Source of the DNA: Alphaproteobacteria bacterium
GTDB lineage: Bacteria > Pseudomonadota > Alphaproteobacteria > SP197
Direction: 5' to 3'
Assembly: GCA_965228895.1 (NCBI GenBank)
Contig: OZ245842.1
Span: 4,128,001-4,192,000 of the forward strand
Length of the DNA: 64,000 nucleotides
Shown: positions 1 through 8,897 of the stretch, piece by piece
Layout: every line of letters starts with the position of its first letter
Numbering within the stretch: position 1 is the first letter of the stretch
The notes under the pieces: model-generated
Told to the model about the DNA's origin: nothing
The model's database searches: none
The model's input: the letters and a program-made list of their open reading frames with translations, nothing else
Made by a program: the position numbers and the translations under genes

Positions 1-750
1 GCCGCCGTCGACGACATGGATGGAGCCGGTGACAAAACTCGCGATATCCGAGGCCAGATAGAGGACCGGGCCGGCGAGTTCGTCGACATGGGCGATGCGG
101 TTCTGCGCCGCGCAGGTCTTGTTGAGCTCGGCATAGCCCGCCTCGACGCTGCCGGCGATCCGGACCGCGAGGTTGCGCAGCATGTCGGTGTCGACGCCGC
201 CCGGGCAGACGGCGTTGACCCGGATATCGGGGCCGAACTCCAGCGCGTGGGCTCGCGTCAGGTTGATCACGCCCGCCTTTGAGGCGCAGTAGATCGACCC
301 CTTGGGCACGCCGATCAGGCCGTTGACCGAGGCGATGTTGACGATGTTGCCGCCGCTTTTGCGCAGATGTGGCAGCGCATACTTCGTCACGAAGAACAGG
401 CCCTTCAAGTTGGTGTCGACCACCCGGTCCCACAGGGCCTCGTCGCAATCCTCGACCGGCGCGCCGCCACCGGCGCCGGCGTTGTTGACGAGCACGTCGA
501 GACCGCCAAGACCGGCCACCGCGGCCGCGACAAGGCTCTTGCAGGCGCCGACATCGGCGACCGAACCCGGCGCGGCGACAACTTTGTCACCCGCCGCCAG
601 TTCGGCGATGGCTGCGTTCGTTGTTTCCTCGGTGCTGCCGTTGACGGCAACACGTGCGCCGGCCTTCAGGAAGGCCTCGACAATGCCGCGGCCGATGCCG
701 CGCGTACCGCCGGTGACCAGAACCCGTTTGTCCGTGAAATCGATCTGCAT
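1..750 (-). CDS. SDR family NAD(P)-dependent oxidoreductase (3' end runs off window)
   Basis: Not in the ORF track. Manual translation from ATG at 750: MQIDFTDKRVLVTGGTRGIGRG...LVNNAG...YCASK...VNAVCPG...VTGSIHVVDGG. It has the TGxxxGIG, NNAG and YxxxK motifs. Confidence 0.9.
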   Translation of the reverse strand, partial: MQIDFTDKRVLVTGGTRGIGRGIVEAFLKAGARVAVNGSTEETTNAAIAELAAGDKVVAAPGSVADVGACKSLVAAAVAGLGGLDVLVNNAGAGGGAPVEDCDEALWDRVVDTNLKGLFFVTKYALPHLRKSGGNIVNIASVNGLIGVPKGSIYCASKAGVINLTRAHALEFGPDIRVNAVCPGGVDTDMLRNLAVRIAGSVEAGYAELNKTCAAQNRIAHVDELAGPVLYLASDIASFVTGSIHVVDGG

Positions 751-773
751 CAGAACCCCCCAATGACGTCTAG

Positions 774-1523
774 TCAGTATGTCGCGCGACCGCCGGATAG
801 GTCGAAGACCGCGCCGGTCGAAAACGAACAGTCGTCAGAACACAGCCACGCGATCATGGCGGCGGCCTCGTGCGCCTGCCCCATGCGGCCCATGGGAATC
901 TTCGAGACCATGTAGTCGATCCGGTCCTGGGGTACGCCGCCCAGCAGCGGTGTCTCGATGACGCCGGGTGTCACCACGTTGGCAAGCACCCCGGTCCCGA
1001 TAAGTTCCTTGGCCAGCGACTTCGTGAATCCGATCAGGCCGGCCTTCGACGCGCTGTAAGCCGCCGCCGACGGATTGCCCTCCTTGCCGGCGACCGACGC
1101 CACGTTGACGACGCGGCCCCAACCGCCCGCGATCATCTGCGGCAACAGAGCGCGGCACACCAGGAACTGGCCGGTCAGGTTGACCGCGATCATGCGGTCC
1201 CAAGCATCGGGGTCGACCTCCCAGACCCGTCCGCCACCGCCGGCGATACCGGCTGAATTGACCAGGATGTCGATCGTGTCGGCTGCCTGTTGCGACGACC
1301 GGGCGGCCTCGGCGGTCGCCTCGCGGTCCGTGATGTCGAAGGCCGCAGCGTGGACGACATCCGGTCCGAGTGCCTTACGGGCCGCCGCGAGGCCGTCGCC
1401 ATCGGCATCCCACAGGACGACAAGGGCGCCGGACGCCAGCAAACGCTCGGCGGTCGCATAACCGATCCCGCTGGCCGCGCCGGTGACGACCGCCGTGCGG
1501 CCGCGAAGATCAATTTGGTTCAA
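774..1523 (-). CDS. SDR family oxidoreductase (resembles LRA5-type 2-keto-3-deoxy sugar-acid dehydrogenases)
   Basis: TGAASGIG, NSAG and YSASK motifs; C-terminus FSTGAVFDLSGGRATY; TTG start with a GGAGG-like RBS. Confidence 0.85.
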   Translation of the reverse strand: MNQIDLRGRTAVVTGAASGIGYATAERLLASGALVVLWDADGDGLAAARKALGPDVVHAAAFDITDREATAEAARSSQQAADTIDILVNSAGIAGGGGRVWEVDPDAWDRMIAVNLTGQFLVCRALLPQMIAGGWGRVVNVASVAGKEGNPSAAAYSASKAGLIGFTKSLAKELIGTGVLANVVTPGVIETPLLGGVPQDRIDYMVSKIPMGRMGQAHEAAAMIAWLCSDDCSFSTGAVFDLSGGRATY

Positions 1524-1539
1524 GGTCCTTCCTGCCCTC

Positions 1540-2637
1540 CTAGGATTCGGCGATTACTGGTCCAAGGATCGCCATGTCAGGCGTCACGCCCAGGCCCGTG
1601 CCGGTCGGTGCGACAAGCATGCCATCCCCGGCGGCCGGCATGCCATCGGCATTACTGACGGTGACCCAGTTCATGAAGTCGACGGTGTGCACGCGCAAGG
1701 CGTGGGGCGTCGAGACCATCATGTGCGCGGTCGCAGCGGTGTTGATCGTGCTGCCGCCGGTATCCTCAATGGTCACCTTGAGGCCGAGCTTGACCGCTAT
1801 GTCGCGCAGCAGCCGCGTCGGCCCAACGCCGCCGACCCGCGCCATCTTGAGCGTAACGCCGGCCAGAATGCCCGCCTCATGCGCCCGAAGGAGATCGTCG
1901 AGCGAGACGATACCCTCGTCCAACACGAGCGGTCTTGAGCACCGGCGCGAGACCTGGGTGTTGTCGGCCAACCGCATGCACGGCTGCTCGAGAACGACGT
2001 CGACCGGCCCGATGCCATGGACGAAGCGTAGAGCGTCATCGACCCGCCATGCGCCATTCGCATCGGCGTAAAGCACAACATCCTCGCCAACGGCATCACG
2101 AACGGCGTGCAGGCGCGCGACATCGACCTGAGCCGCGCCACCCACCTTGACCTGCAGGCGCCTGTAACCCTGATTCACGAAGGCCACAGCCTGGTCCGCC
2201 ATGACGGCAGGGTCATCCTGGCTGATTGAGCGGTAGAGCGGCACCGCGTCGCCATCCGCGCCACCCAGCAGGCCGGAAAGCGGCTGGCCAGCCAGGCGCG
2301 CGGTCAGATCCCACGCCGCCATGTCGACGGCCGCTTTGACCGCCGGCTGACCAATCATCAGATCGTTGAGATGGTCGGCAAGTCGAGCCGGCGCGTCAGC
2401 GTGCTGGCCCACGATATCAGGCAACAACCGTGTGATGCCCGCACGGATCGCTTCGGGAAACGCCTCGGCATAGAAGGCGCCAAGCGGCGCGGCTTCGCCC
2501 CAACCGGTGGTGCCGTCTTCGGCCTCCAGCGCCACGATCGCGCTGTCGAATCCCTCTTCCGTATGCCCGCGGCACACGTAAGGACCATCGGCGAACGGCT
2601 GGATCTGGCGATAGAGACGGGCTGCGGCAATCTTCAT
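1540..2637 (-). CDS. Enolase superfamily (MLE subgroup) enzyme, cis-3-hydroxy-L-proline dehydratase / hydroxyproline-betaine epimerase-like
   Basis: GWGE capping-domain motif; QVK in place of KxK; metal ligands in DAN, EQP and LDE; LKM..GG; IEDTGG; GLG near the C-terminus. Confidence 0.8.
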   Translation of the reverse strand: MKIAAARLYRQIQPFADGPYVCRGHTEEGFDSAIVALEAEDGTTGWGEAAPLGAFYAEAFPEAIRAGITRLLPDIVGQHADAPARLADHLNDLMIGQPAVKAAVDMAAWDLTARLAGQPLSGLLGGADGDAVPLYRSISQDDPAVMADQAVAFVNQGYRRLQVKVGGAAQVDVARLHAVRDAVGEDVVLYADANGAWRVDDALRFVHGIGPVDVVLEQPCMRLADNTQVSRRCSRPLVLDEGIVSLDDLLRAHEAGILAGVTLKMARVGGVGPTRLLRDIAVKLGLKVTIEDTGGSTINTAATAHMMVSTPHALRVHTVDFMNWVTVSNADGMPAAGDGMLVAPTGTGLGVTPDMAILGPVIAES

Positions 2638-2711
2638 GACGCCGACAGCCTACAGGAGCATCAACGCGACCGCGAAACCGAGATAGGAAAGTACGAGCGA
2701 AACGAGCCGTC

Positions 2712-2849
2712 CAGAGCGGATCGCGGCTGGGCGGAACCGTTCACCGGTTCCGCCTAACCGTGTGAATCCGCTCGCTATCCATGAGTAGAGCAGATTCACC
2801 CACCGTGACGGTATCGCGAAGCGACTCCGTCACGGTGGGATCTGCTCTA
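2712..2849. repeat. Intergenic palindromic repeat element (alphaproteobacterial RIME/Bru-RS-like)
   Basis: Two nested stem-loops: gagcggat...ggcggaacc/ggttccgcc...atccgctc and tagagcagat...caccgtgacgg/ccgtcacggtg...atctgctcta. Confidence 0.65.
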
Positions 2850-2878
2850 CCGGCCCGTTTCGCTCGCCGCCCCCACGC

Positions 2879-4450
2879 TTAATCTCCAGCAACCTTCTTG
2901 CGGTACATGCCCTGCGCGACCCGGTCGATGACCATGGCGCAGAACAGAATGGCGAGACCGCCCAACAGTCCCTGACCCTTGGCGGCGTACTGCAAGGCCT
3001 CCAGGATCAACGCACCCAGACCTTCCGCGCCGATCAGCGAGGCGATGACGACCATGGAGAGGCTCATCAAGATCGTCTGGTTGATGCCGGTCATGATCGA
3101 CGGCATGGCCAGCGGTATCTCGACATTGCGCAGCAACTGCCACTTCGAACAGCCGAACGCGATCGCCGCTTCCTTGGTCGTTTCCGGCACGCCGCGCATG
3201 CCAAGCGCGGTCAAGCGGATCACCGGCGGCATGGCGAAGATGATCGTCGCCAGAACGCCCGGCGGCTTACCGGTGCCGAAGAACGCGATGATCGGGATCA
3301 AATAAACGAAGGCCGGCATGGTCTGCATGAAGTCCAGCACCGGCTCGGCAAACGTATAGGCGCGCTTGCTCTTGCCGAACCAGATACCGAGCGGAATGCC
3401 GAAGATGACACACAGCGCGGCACCGGCGCCGATCAGCGCCACGGTGATCATGGAGATTTCCCACAATCCCATGAACGCCAGATAGGCAAGTGATGCCGCC
3501 GTAAAGATCGCGACGCGCGGTCCCGCCAGGCGATAGGCCATGACCACGATAACCACCATGACGACCGGCCACGGCGTATCGATCAAGATGACCTCCAGGC
3601 CATCCAGGACGGCTCTAATCGCGGCGGTCACACCGTCGAAAACATCGCCGAAGTTGTTGGCCAGCCAATCGAAACCTTCATCACCCAGCCTTGCCCAACT
3701 GGCGAAGAACTCCTTACCGATCGGGAACTCGGTGATCGGAATCTCGCCGCCAATGAATCCGCCGGTCAGCCGGCTGAGAATCGCGTCGGGATCGGACACG
3801 GTGAAGCGGAACAGGGTCAGCGGCCAGATGGCAACCAAAAGGAAGGCGCCAAAGATTGTGCTGTTCCGGCTGACACCGGACTGCACCGAAGGCCGGGCGC
3901 GCCAACGCAGGTATTGCTTTTCATAGACCATGTTGGCGTAGAAGCCTTCGACGAGCTTGAAGAAGACCAAAAGGCCGATACCGACCAGCAGGTAGGTCGT
4001 CGACTGGCCCGCCGCCGCCGCCGCATCGGCCTGCGCGGTCTCGGCGACTTTCTTGAGATTTTCGGCGACCGAAAGCGCGGTCTCCGCGGTCTCCGCGTCG
4101 CCAGCCGCGAGCGCCTCCTGGGCCTGCTGCTCACGCGTCGCGATGTTGGCGAGCAAACGTTCGTAGCGGGCAAGCTGGTCGGCGCCCAGTTCGCCCCAAA
4201 GGCCCTTGCCGAGTTGCACGAGGGCGAAGAGCTCCAAGACCAGGAATGCCCAGAAGAAACCCCAGGCGCCGCGCGCCGCACCCCACAGCGGTCCGAAGAC
4301 CGCTGCCATCAAGTTCCAGGACCACGGGAATCCTGTGGTACCCTGAATCTTGGCGAACTCAGCAACGTAGTAGTCGCCATTCTCCTGAGCGAAATCACCG
4401 ACCGAGCTGGAGAGCGCCTTCGGTCCGAGTTCGAGGCCGGTGTCGGTCAT
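2879..4450 (-). CDS. Glycine betaine/proline-family ABC transporter permease (ProW-like) with extra N-terminal membrane domain
   Basis: C-terminal LDFMQTMPAFVYLIP, EAA loop (EAAIAFGCSKWQLL) and GINQTILMSLSMVVIASLIGAEGLG. About 250 aa N-terminal extension. Confidence 0.9.
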   Translation of the reverse strand: MTDTGLELGPKALSSSVGDFAQENGDYYVAEFAKIQGTTGFPWSWNLMAAVFGPLWGAARGAWGFFWAFLVLELFALVQLGKGLWGELGADQLARYERLLANIATREQQAQEALAAGDAETAETALSVAENLKKVAETAQADAAAAAGQSTTYLLVGIGLLVFFKLVEGFYANMVYEKQYLRWRARPSVQSGVSRNSTIFGAFLLVAIWPLTLFRFTVSDPDAILSRLTGGFIGGEIPITEFPIGKEFFASWARLGDEGFDWLANNFGDVFDGVTAAIRAVLDGLEVILIDTPWPVVMVVIVVMAYRLAGPRVAIFTAASLAYLAFMGLWEISMITVALIGAGAALCVIFGIPLGIWFGKSKRAYTFAEPVLDFMQTMPAFVYLIPIIAFFGTGKPPGVLATIIFAMPPVIRLTALGMRGVPETTKEAAIAFGCSKWQLLRNVEIPLAMPSIMTGINQTILMSLSMVVIASLIGAEGLGALILEALQYAAKGQGLLGGLAILFCAMVIDRVAQGMYRKKVAGD

Positions 4451-5496
4451 GCCTTGCCTCCCTGAATGCCCTTCAACAGGGTGGATTTACTGATCACGCC
4501 GACATCGACGCCGCTGTCGTTCTGCACCACGATCGGATGATCGGACTCCGTCGCGATGTCGATCAGATGATCGAGATCGGTGTCATGGGGCACGCGCCGG
4601 GACGCGCTGAGATCCTCGCCATGCGCCGGCTTGTAGGTCGCGAGGTCCTCCATGATCGAGTGGGCGAACACCAGCTTGAGCCGGGAAATGCCCTCGACGA
4701 AATCCTTGACGTAGTCGTCGGCCGGTTTGGTGACGATGTCTTCGGGCGTGCCGATCTGAACGATCCGCCCGTCCTTCATGATGGCGATGCGGTTGCCGAT
4801 ACGGATCGCTTCGTCCAGGTCATGGGTGATGAAAACGGTGGTCTTGTGCAGCTCCGCCGAGAGCGCCATGAACTGGTCCTGCAACTGGCGGCGGATCAAG
4901 GGATCGAGCGCGGAAAACGGCTCGTCCATCAACAACACCTCGGGATCGGATGCCAGGGCGCGCGCCAGGCCGACGCGCTGCTGCATGCCGCCCGACAGTT
5001 CGCGCGGGAAACGGTCTTCGTAACCGTCCAGGTTGACCATGCTGATGCACTTTTGCGAGACGTCCCAGCGCTTCGATTTCGGCTCGCCACGTACCTGCAG
5101 CGGGAAACCAACATTGTCGCGCACCGTGCGATGGGGCAGGAGCGCCATGTGCTGGAACACCATGCCAATATGCATGGCGCGCATCTCGCGCAGCTGCTCG
5201 CCACCCAAGGCGCGCATGTCTTTGCCAAGCACGGAGATCTTGCCGGCGGTCGGTTCGATCAGGCGGTTGAGGTGGCGAACCATGGTCGACTTGCCCGAGC
5301 CGGAAAGACCCATGACACAGAAGATTTCGCCGCGCTCAACCGTGAACGAGCAGTCGGCGATGCCGACAACGCATTCGTACTGTTCCAGAACTTCTGCCTT
5401 GGATAGACCTTTTTCTTCGACAGCGGCCATCGCCTCGTCAGCGCGTGCGCCAAAGATCTTCCAGACGTCTTCCAGTACAATGACGTCTTCGCTCAC
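4447..5496 (-). CDS. Glycine betaine/proline-family ABC transporter ATP-binding protein (ProV-like)
   Basis: GLSGSGKST, LSGGMQQRV, LLMDEPFSALDPLIR. Likely GTG start at 5496 after a GGAGGGGG RBS; 4-bp overlap with the permease. Confidence 0.92.
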   Translation of the reverse strand: MSEDVIVLEDVWKIFGARADEAMAAVEEKGLSKAEVLEQYECVVGIADCSFTVERGEIFCVMGLSGSGKSTMVRHLNRLIEPTAGKISVLGKDMRALGGEQLREMRAMHIGMVFQHMALLPHRTVRDNVGFPLQVRGEPKSKRWDVSQKCISMVNLDGYEDRFPRELSGGMQQRVGLARALASDPEVLLMDEPFSALDPLIRRQLQDQFMALSAELHKTTVFITHDLDEAIRIGNRIAIMKDGRIVQIGTPEDIVTKPADDYVKDFVEGISRLKLVFAHSIMEDLATYKPAHGEDLSASRRVPHDTDLDHLIDIATESDHPIVVQNDSGVDVGVISKSTLLKGIQGGKA

Positions 5497-5574
5497 GGAA
5501 CACCCCCTCCTGAGCAAGAAGCACCCCCTCGGCTGCGGCTCTTCAATGGCCGCTTCGCCGGAAGCTGCGATCAA

Positions 5575-5601
5575 TGGCGGCGTCCTACAAGGACGCCGCC
5601 A
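5575..5601 (-). terminator. Stem-loop between SBP and ATPase genes (mRNA stabiliser or attenuator)
   Basis: tggcggcgtcct-aca-aggacgccgcca, a perfect 12-bp stem. Confidence 0.55.
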
Positions 5602-5630
5602 CCGGTTTGATCATACCGTCGTCGTCAGCC

Positions 5631-6587
5631 CTATTTCAGCCAAGAGTCGACGAGGTCCTGATTTTCGCTCACCCAGGTCCGGGCGTACTCTTCCGGATCC
5701 TGCTTCTCGACGACCAGAGCATACGTCATCTGGGACACGGTATCTGTATCCAACTTGACCTGGGACAAGAGCTTGGCGGCCTCCGGGTGGCTCTCTTCCA
5801 GTTCGGTTGCATAGTGGATGTAAAGATAGGCTAAGTCCCACGCCACCGGTGCGCTGGATTTCTCGAGCCACTCCGGATCATCGGTCGGTTGAATCACCAC
5901 CCACTGTTCCGGGTCATAGGCCGGCTCTTCGAGAACAACCAGATCGTAAAGCGCGAACATGTGGTGTGGCGTGTAGCAGAAGAAGACGATGTTACCGTTC
6001 TGGGCGATTGCGTTGTCGACTTCGGCAAGCGCCAATGTTTCGTCCATCTCCTTCAGATTCATGGTCTCGTCGTAACCATACGACTTCGCCCTGATCTTCT
6101 CGACGTTGGTCGAAGCCCAGCCCGACGCCCCAATCCAGATCTCGCCCTTGCCGTCGCCGTCTGTGTCGAACTGACTTGCCATGTCAGGATCGGTCAGATC
6201 GGACAGATTGACGATACCTGTCGCATCGGCTGTCTGTTTGGTCACGCACATGCCCTGGAATGCCTCAACACCGTTCGGATTCATCCTGACGGTGCCTTTG
6301 TCCTCGACGAACTGCTGGTGCAGATTCGACTGGTTCGGCATCCAGACTTCCGGGTGCACCTGCATCGCACCGGAATCCATGGCCTCGAAGACGACGGGGT
6401 TGGTGCCATTCTGCAGTTCAACCTCTAGGCCGAGATTGTCTTCCATAACGACTTTCAGGACATTACCGGTGACGCGGACCGAAGGCCAGTTCGGGACACC
6501 GATCACCAAATCGGCAGCCTGGGCCACACCAGCCACAGCCACCAGTGACGCCGCAACGGCGCCCAATAGAGTTTTCTTGAAATTCAT
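5631..6587 (-). CDS. Betaine-family ABC transporter substrate-binding protein (ProX/OpuAC-like)
   Basis: Sec signal peptide ending AQA; PNWPS, HPEVWMP, GWAS and YTPH motifs typical of OpuAC-family SBPs; first gene of the ABC operon. Confidence 0.88.
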   Translation of the reverse strand: MNFKKTLLGAVAASLVAVAGVAQAADLVIGVPNWPSVRVTGNVLKVVMEDNLGLEVELQNGTNPVVFEAMDSGAMQVHPEVWMPNQSNLHQQFVEDKGTVRMNPNGVEAFQGMCVTKQTADATGIVNLSDLTDPDMASQFDTDGDGKGEIWIGASGWASTNVEKIRAKSYGYDETMNLKEMDETLALAEVDNAIAQNGNIVFFCYTPHHMFALYDLVVLEEPAYDPEQWVVIQPTDDPEWLEKSSAPVAWDLAYLYIHYATELEESHPEAAKLLSQVKLDTDTVSQMTYALVVEKQDPEEYARTWVSENQDLVDSWLK

Positions 6588-6995
6588 TGTCTAGATCTCC
6601 CAGTTTTTTGGTTTCTTAACGTCATGTGGGCCCAATCCGAGGTTCGCTTGCAAAAAGCGGTTGCCGGCTGGCCCCAGCCTTCACGGCACTCCCAGGCGAC
6701 GGTGACGAACCGGACAATCCCGGTCCTTGATCGAGTACACGGTAACCGCCCAAGCGGCGCGCGCTCACATCACCATCGAAACGTTAGGATCCTAATTCCC
6801 CTTGTGGCACAACAAGTTAGACAACCTCCGAGTTAGAATACTAACGGCGGTTGCACGCAATGAAAGTGCCTTCAATGAATCCGAAAGGACCCTTAAACAA
6901 AACTGCACTCCCTCCCCTCGACGCCCTGCCGGACTTAGCGCCCGGCTTATGTTTTATTGTGGCCTGACAATGCTATGGCAAAGGCCTGACCCACT

Positions 6996-7028
6996 TTAGG
7001 GCCAGCAACCGCATTACGTTGAGGCCAG
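6996..7028 (-). promoter_or_regulatory. Putative TauR direct-repeat operator upstream of the betaine-type ABC operon
   Basis: Minus strand reads CTGGCCTCAA-N13-CTGGCCCTAA (23-bp period), resembling the R. capsulatus TauR box CTGGAC(T/C)TAA. Confidence 0.6.
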
Positions 7029-7064
7029 CAGCCGAAATCGTCGGCAACTGGCGACACCTGCCGA

Positions 7065-8840
7065 CTAAGCGGGTTGCTGGGGCCGCATGTCGGCGGCATC
7101 GATGCCAGCCACCACAACCGGCTTTTTCATGGCGTCGCGGCGGAACGGCTCACCGAGCTCCTGGTTCAAGACGATCTCGATAAACGTCGTCACACCGTCG
7201 TCCTGGGCCTTGCAGGCTTCCTTCAACGCCGCGGTCAACTCGTCCTGGGTTGTGACCTCGACGCCCTTCAGACCACAGCCGTCGGCTGCCTTGGCGTAGC
7301 TCAGATTCGGGTTGAGCTCGGTGCCGACGAAGTTGTTGTCGTACCACAGGATCGAGTTGCGCTTTTCCGCACCCCACTGATAGTTGCGGAAGATCACCAT
7401 GGTGACCGCCGGCCAGTCGTCGCGGCCGATCGAGCTCATCTCGCTCATGGAGATGCCGAAGGCGCCGTCGCCGGCAAAGCCGACGACCGGCACGTCGGGA
7501 CAACCGATCTTGGCGCCGATGATGGCCGGAAAGCCGTAGCCGCAGGGACCGAACAGACCGGGTGCCAGATATTTCCGGCCTTCCTCGAAAGTCGGATAGG
7601 CGTTGCCGATGGCGCAGTTGTTGCCGATGTCGCTGGAGATGATCGCGTTATCGGGCAGGCCGGCCTGAATGGCGCGCCACGCCATGCGCGGCGACATCAG
7701 ATTGGCGTCGCGGGTGCGCGCATCTTCGTTCCATGTCGTCCCGGGATCGTCGTCTTCGTGATCCATGCCGCTCAAGGTCTGGAGCCAGGCGGATTTCGTC
7801 TGGTGAATCAGTGCCTTGCGCTCATCGCGACGGGCATCGCCCGCGTCCGGCGTCAGGGCGGCCAGCAGTTGCTGCGTAACCTTCTTGGCATCGCCGCAAA
7901 TGCCGACGGTGACCTTTTTGGTCAGGCCGATCCGGTCGGGGTTCATATCGACCTGGATGATCGTCGCGTCCTTGGGCCAATAGTCGATGCCGTAGCCCGG
8001 CAGGGTCGAGAACGGGTTGAGCCGGGTGCCCAGCGCCAGCACGACGTCGGCCTTGGCGATCAGCTCCATCGCCGCTTTCGAGCCGTTGTAGCCAAGCGGA
8101 CCGCAGGCCAGCGGATGGCTGCCCGGGAAACTGTCGTTGTGCTGATAGCCGCTGCACACCGGCGCATCCAGGCGCTCGGCGAGCGCGACGCAGTCTGGGA
8201 TCGCGTTGCCGATCACCACACCCGCGCCTGAAAGAATGACCGGGAACTTCGCTTCCGACAGCAGCCTGGCCGCCTGGGCGATCGAATCCTCGCCACCGGC
8301 CGACCGTTCGATCCTGACGATCTGCGGCAGTTCGACATCGATCACCTGGGTCCACATATCCCGCGGCACGTTGATCTGGGCCGGCGCCGACGCGCGCCAC
8401 GCCTTTTCGATGACCCGGTTCAGCACCTCGGCCATGCGCGAGGCGTCGCGCACCTCTTCCTGGTAACACACCATGTCGCGGAACAGCGCCATCTGCTCGA
8501 CTTCCTGGAAACCGCCCTGGCCGATCGTCTTGTTGGCCGCCTGCGGCGTCACCAGCAGCATGGGCGTGTGGTTCCAGTACGCCGTCTTGATCGCGGTGAC
8601 AAAACCGGTGACGCCCGGCCCGTTCTGAGCGATCGCCATGCCCATCTTGCCGGTCGCACGGGTGAAGCCATCGCAGATCAGACCGCCATTGGTCTCGTGC
8701 GCGACATCCCAGAACCGGATGCCGGCCTGAGGAAACAGATCGGAAATCGGCATAAAGGCCGATCCGATGATGCCAAAGGCGTGCTCGATGCCGTGCATCT
8801 GCAGGACTTTGACGAAGGCCTCCTCCGTGGTCATTTTCAT
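7065..8840 (-). CDS. xsc: Sulfoacetaldehyde acetyltransferase
   Basis: MKMTTEEAFVKVLQMHGIEHAFGIIGSAFM N-terminus, ThDP motif GDGAFG...N, WGAEKRN and LGEPFRRDAM, all Xsc hallmarks. Confidence 0.96.
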   Translation of the reverse strand: MKMTTEEAFVKVLQMHGIEHAFGIIGSAFMPISDLFPQAGIRFWDVAHETNGGLICDGFTRATGKMGMAIAQNGPGVTGFVTAIKTAYWNHTPMLLVTPQAANKTIGQGGFQEVEQMALFRDMVCYQEEVRDASRMAEVLNRVIEKAWRASAPAQINVPRDMWTQVIDVELPQIVRIERSAGGEDSIAQAARLLSEAKFPVILSGAGVVIGNAIPDCVALAERLDAPVCSGYQHNDSFPGSHPLACGPLGYNGSKAAMELIAKADVVLALGTRLNPFSTLPGYGIDYWPKDATIIQVDMNPDRIGLTKKVTVGICGDAKKVTQQLLAALTPDAGDARRDERKALIHQTKSAWLQTLSGMDHEDDDPGTTWNEDARTRDANLMSPRMAWRAIQAGLPDNAIISSDIGNNCAIGNAYPTFEEGRKYLAPGLFGPCGYGFPAIIGAKIGCPDVPVVGFAGDGAFGISMSEMSSIGRDDWPAVTMVIFRNYQWGAEKRNSILWYDNNFVGTELNPNLSYAKAADGCGLKGVEVTTQDELTAALKEACKAQDDGVTTFIEIVLNQELGEPFRRDAMKKPVVVAGIDAADMRPQQPA

Positions 8841-8897
8841 GGCGAATCGTCCATTCTTCTCAATATGTTACGGCCGATGCGCGGCCAATCCAGGGCG

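Noticed and set aside
6141-6167. EF-hand-like DTDGDGKGE motif in the SBP
   Set aside because: Dx[DN]xDG loops occur in this SBP subfamily and are not by themselves evidence of a new function.
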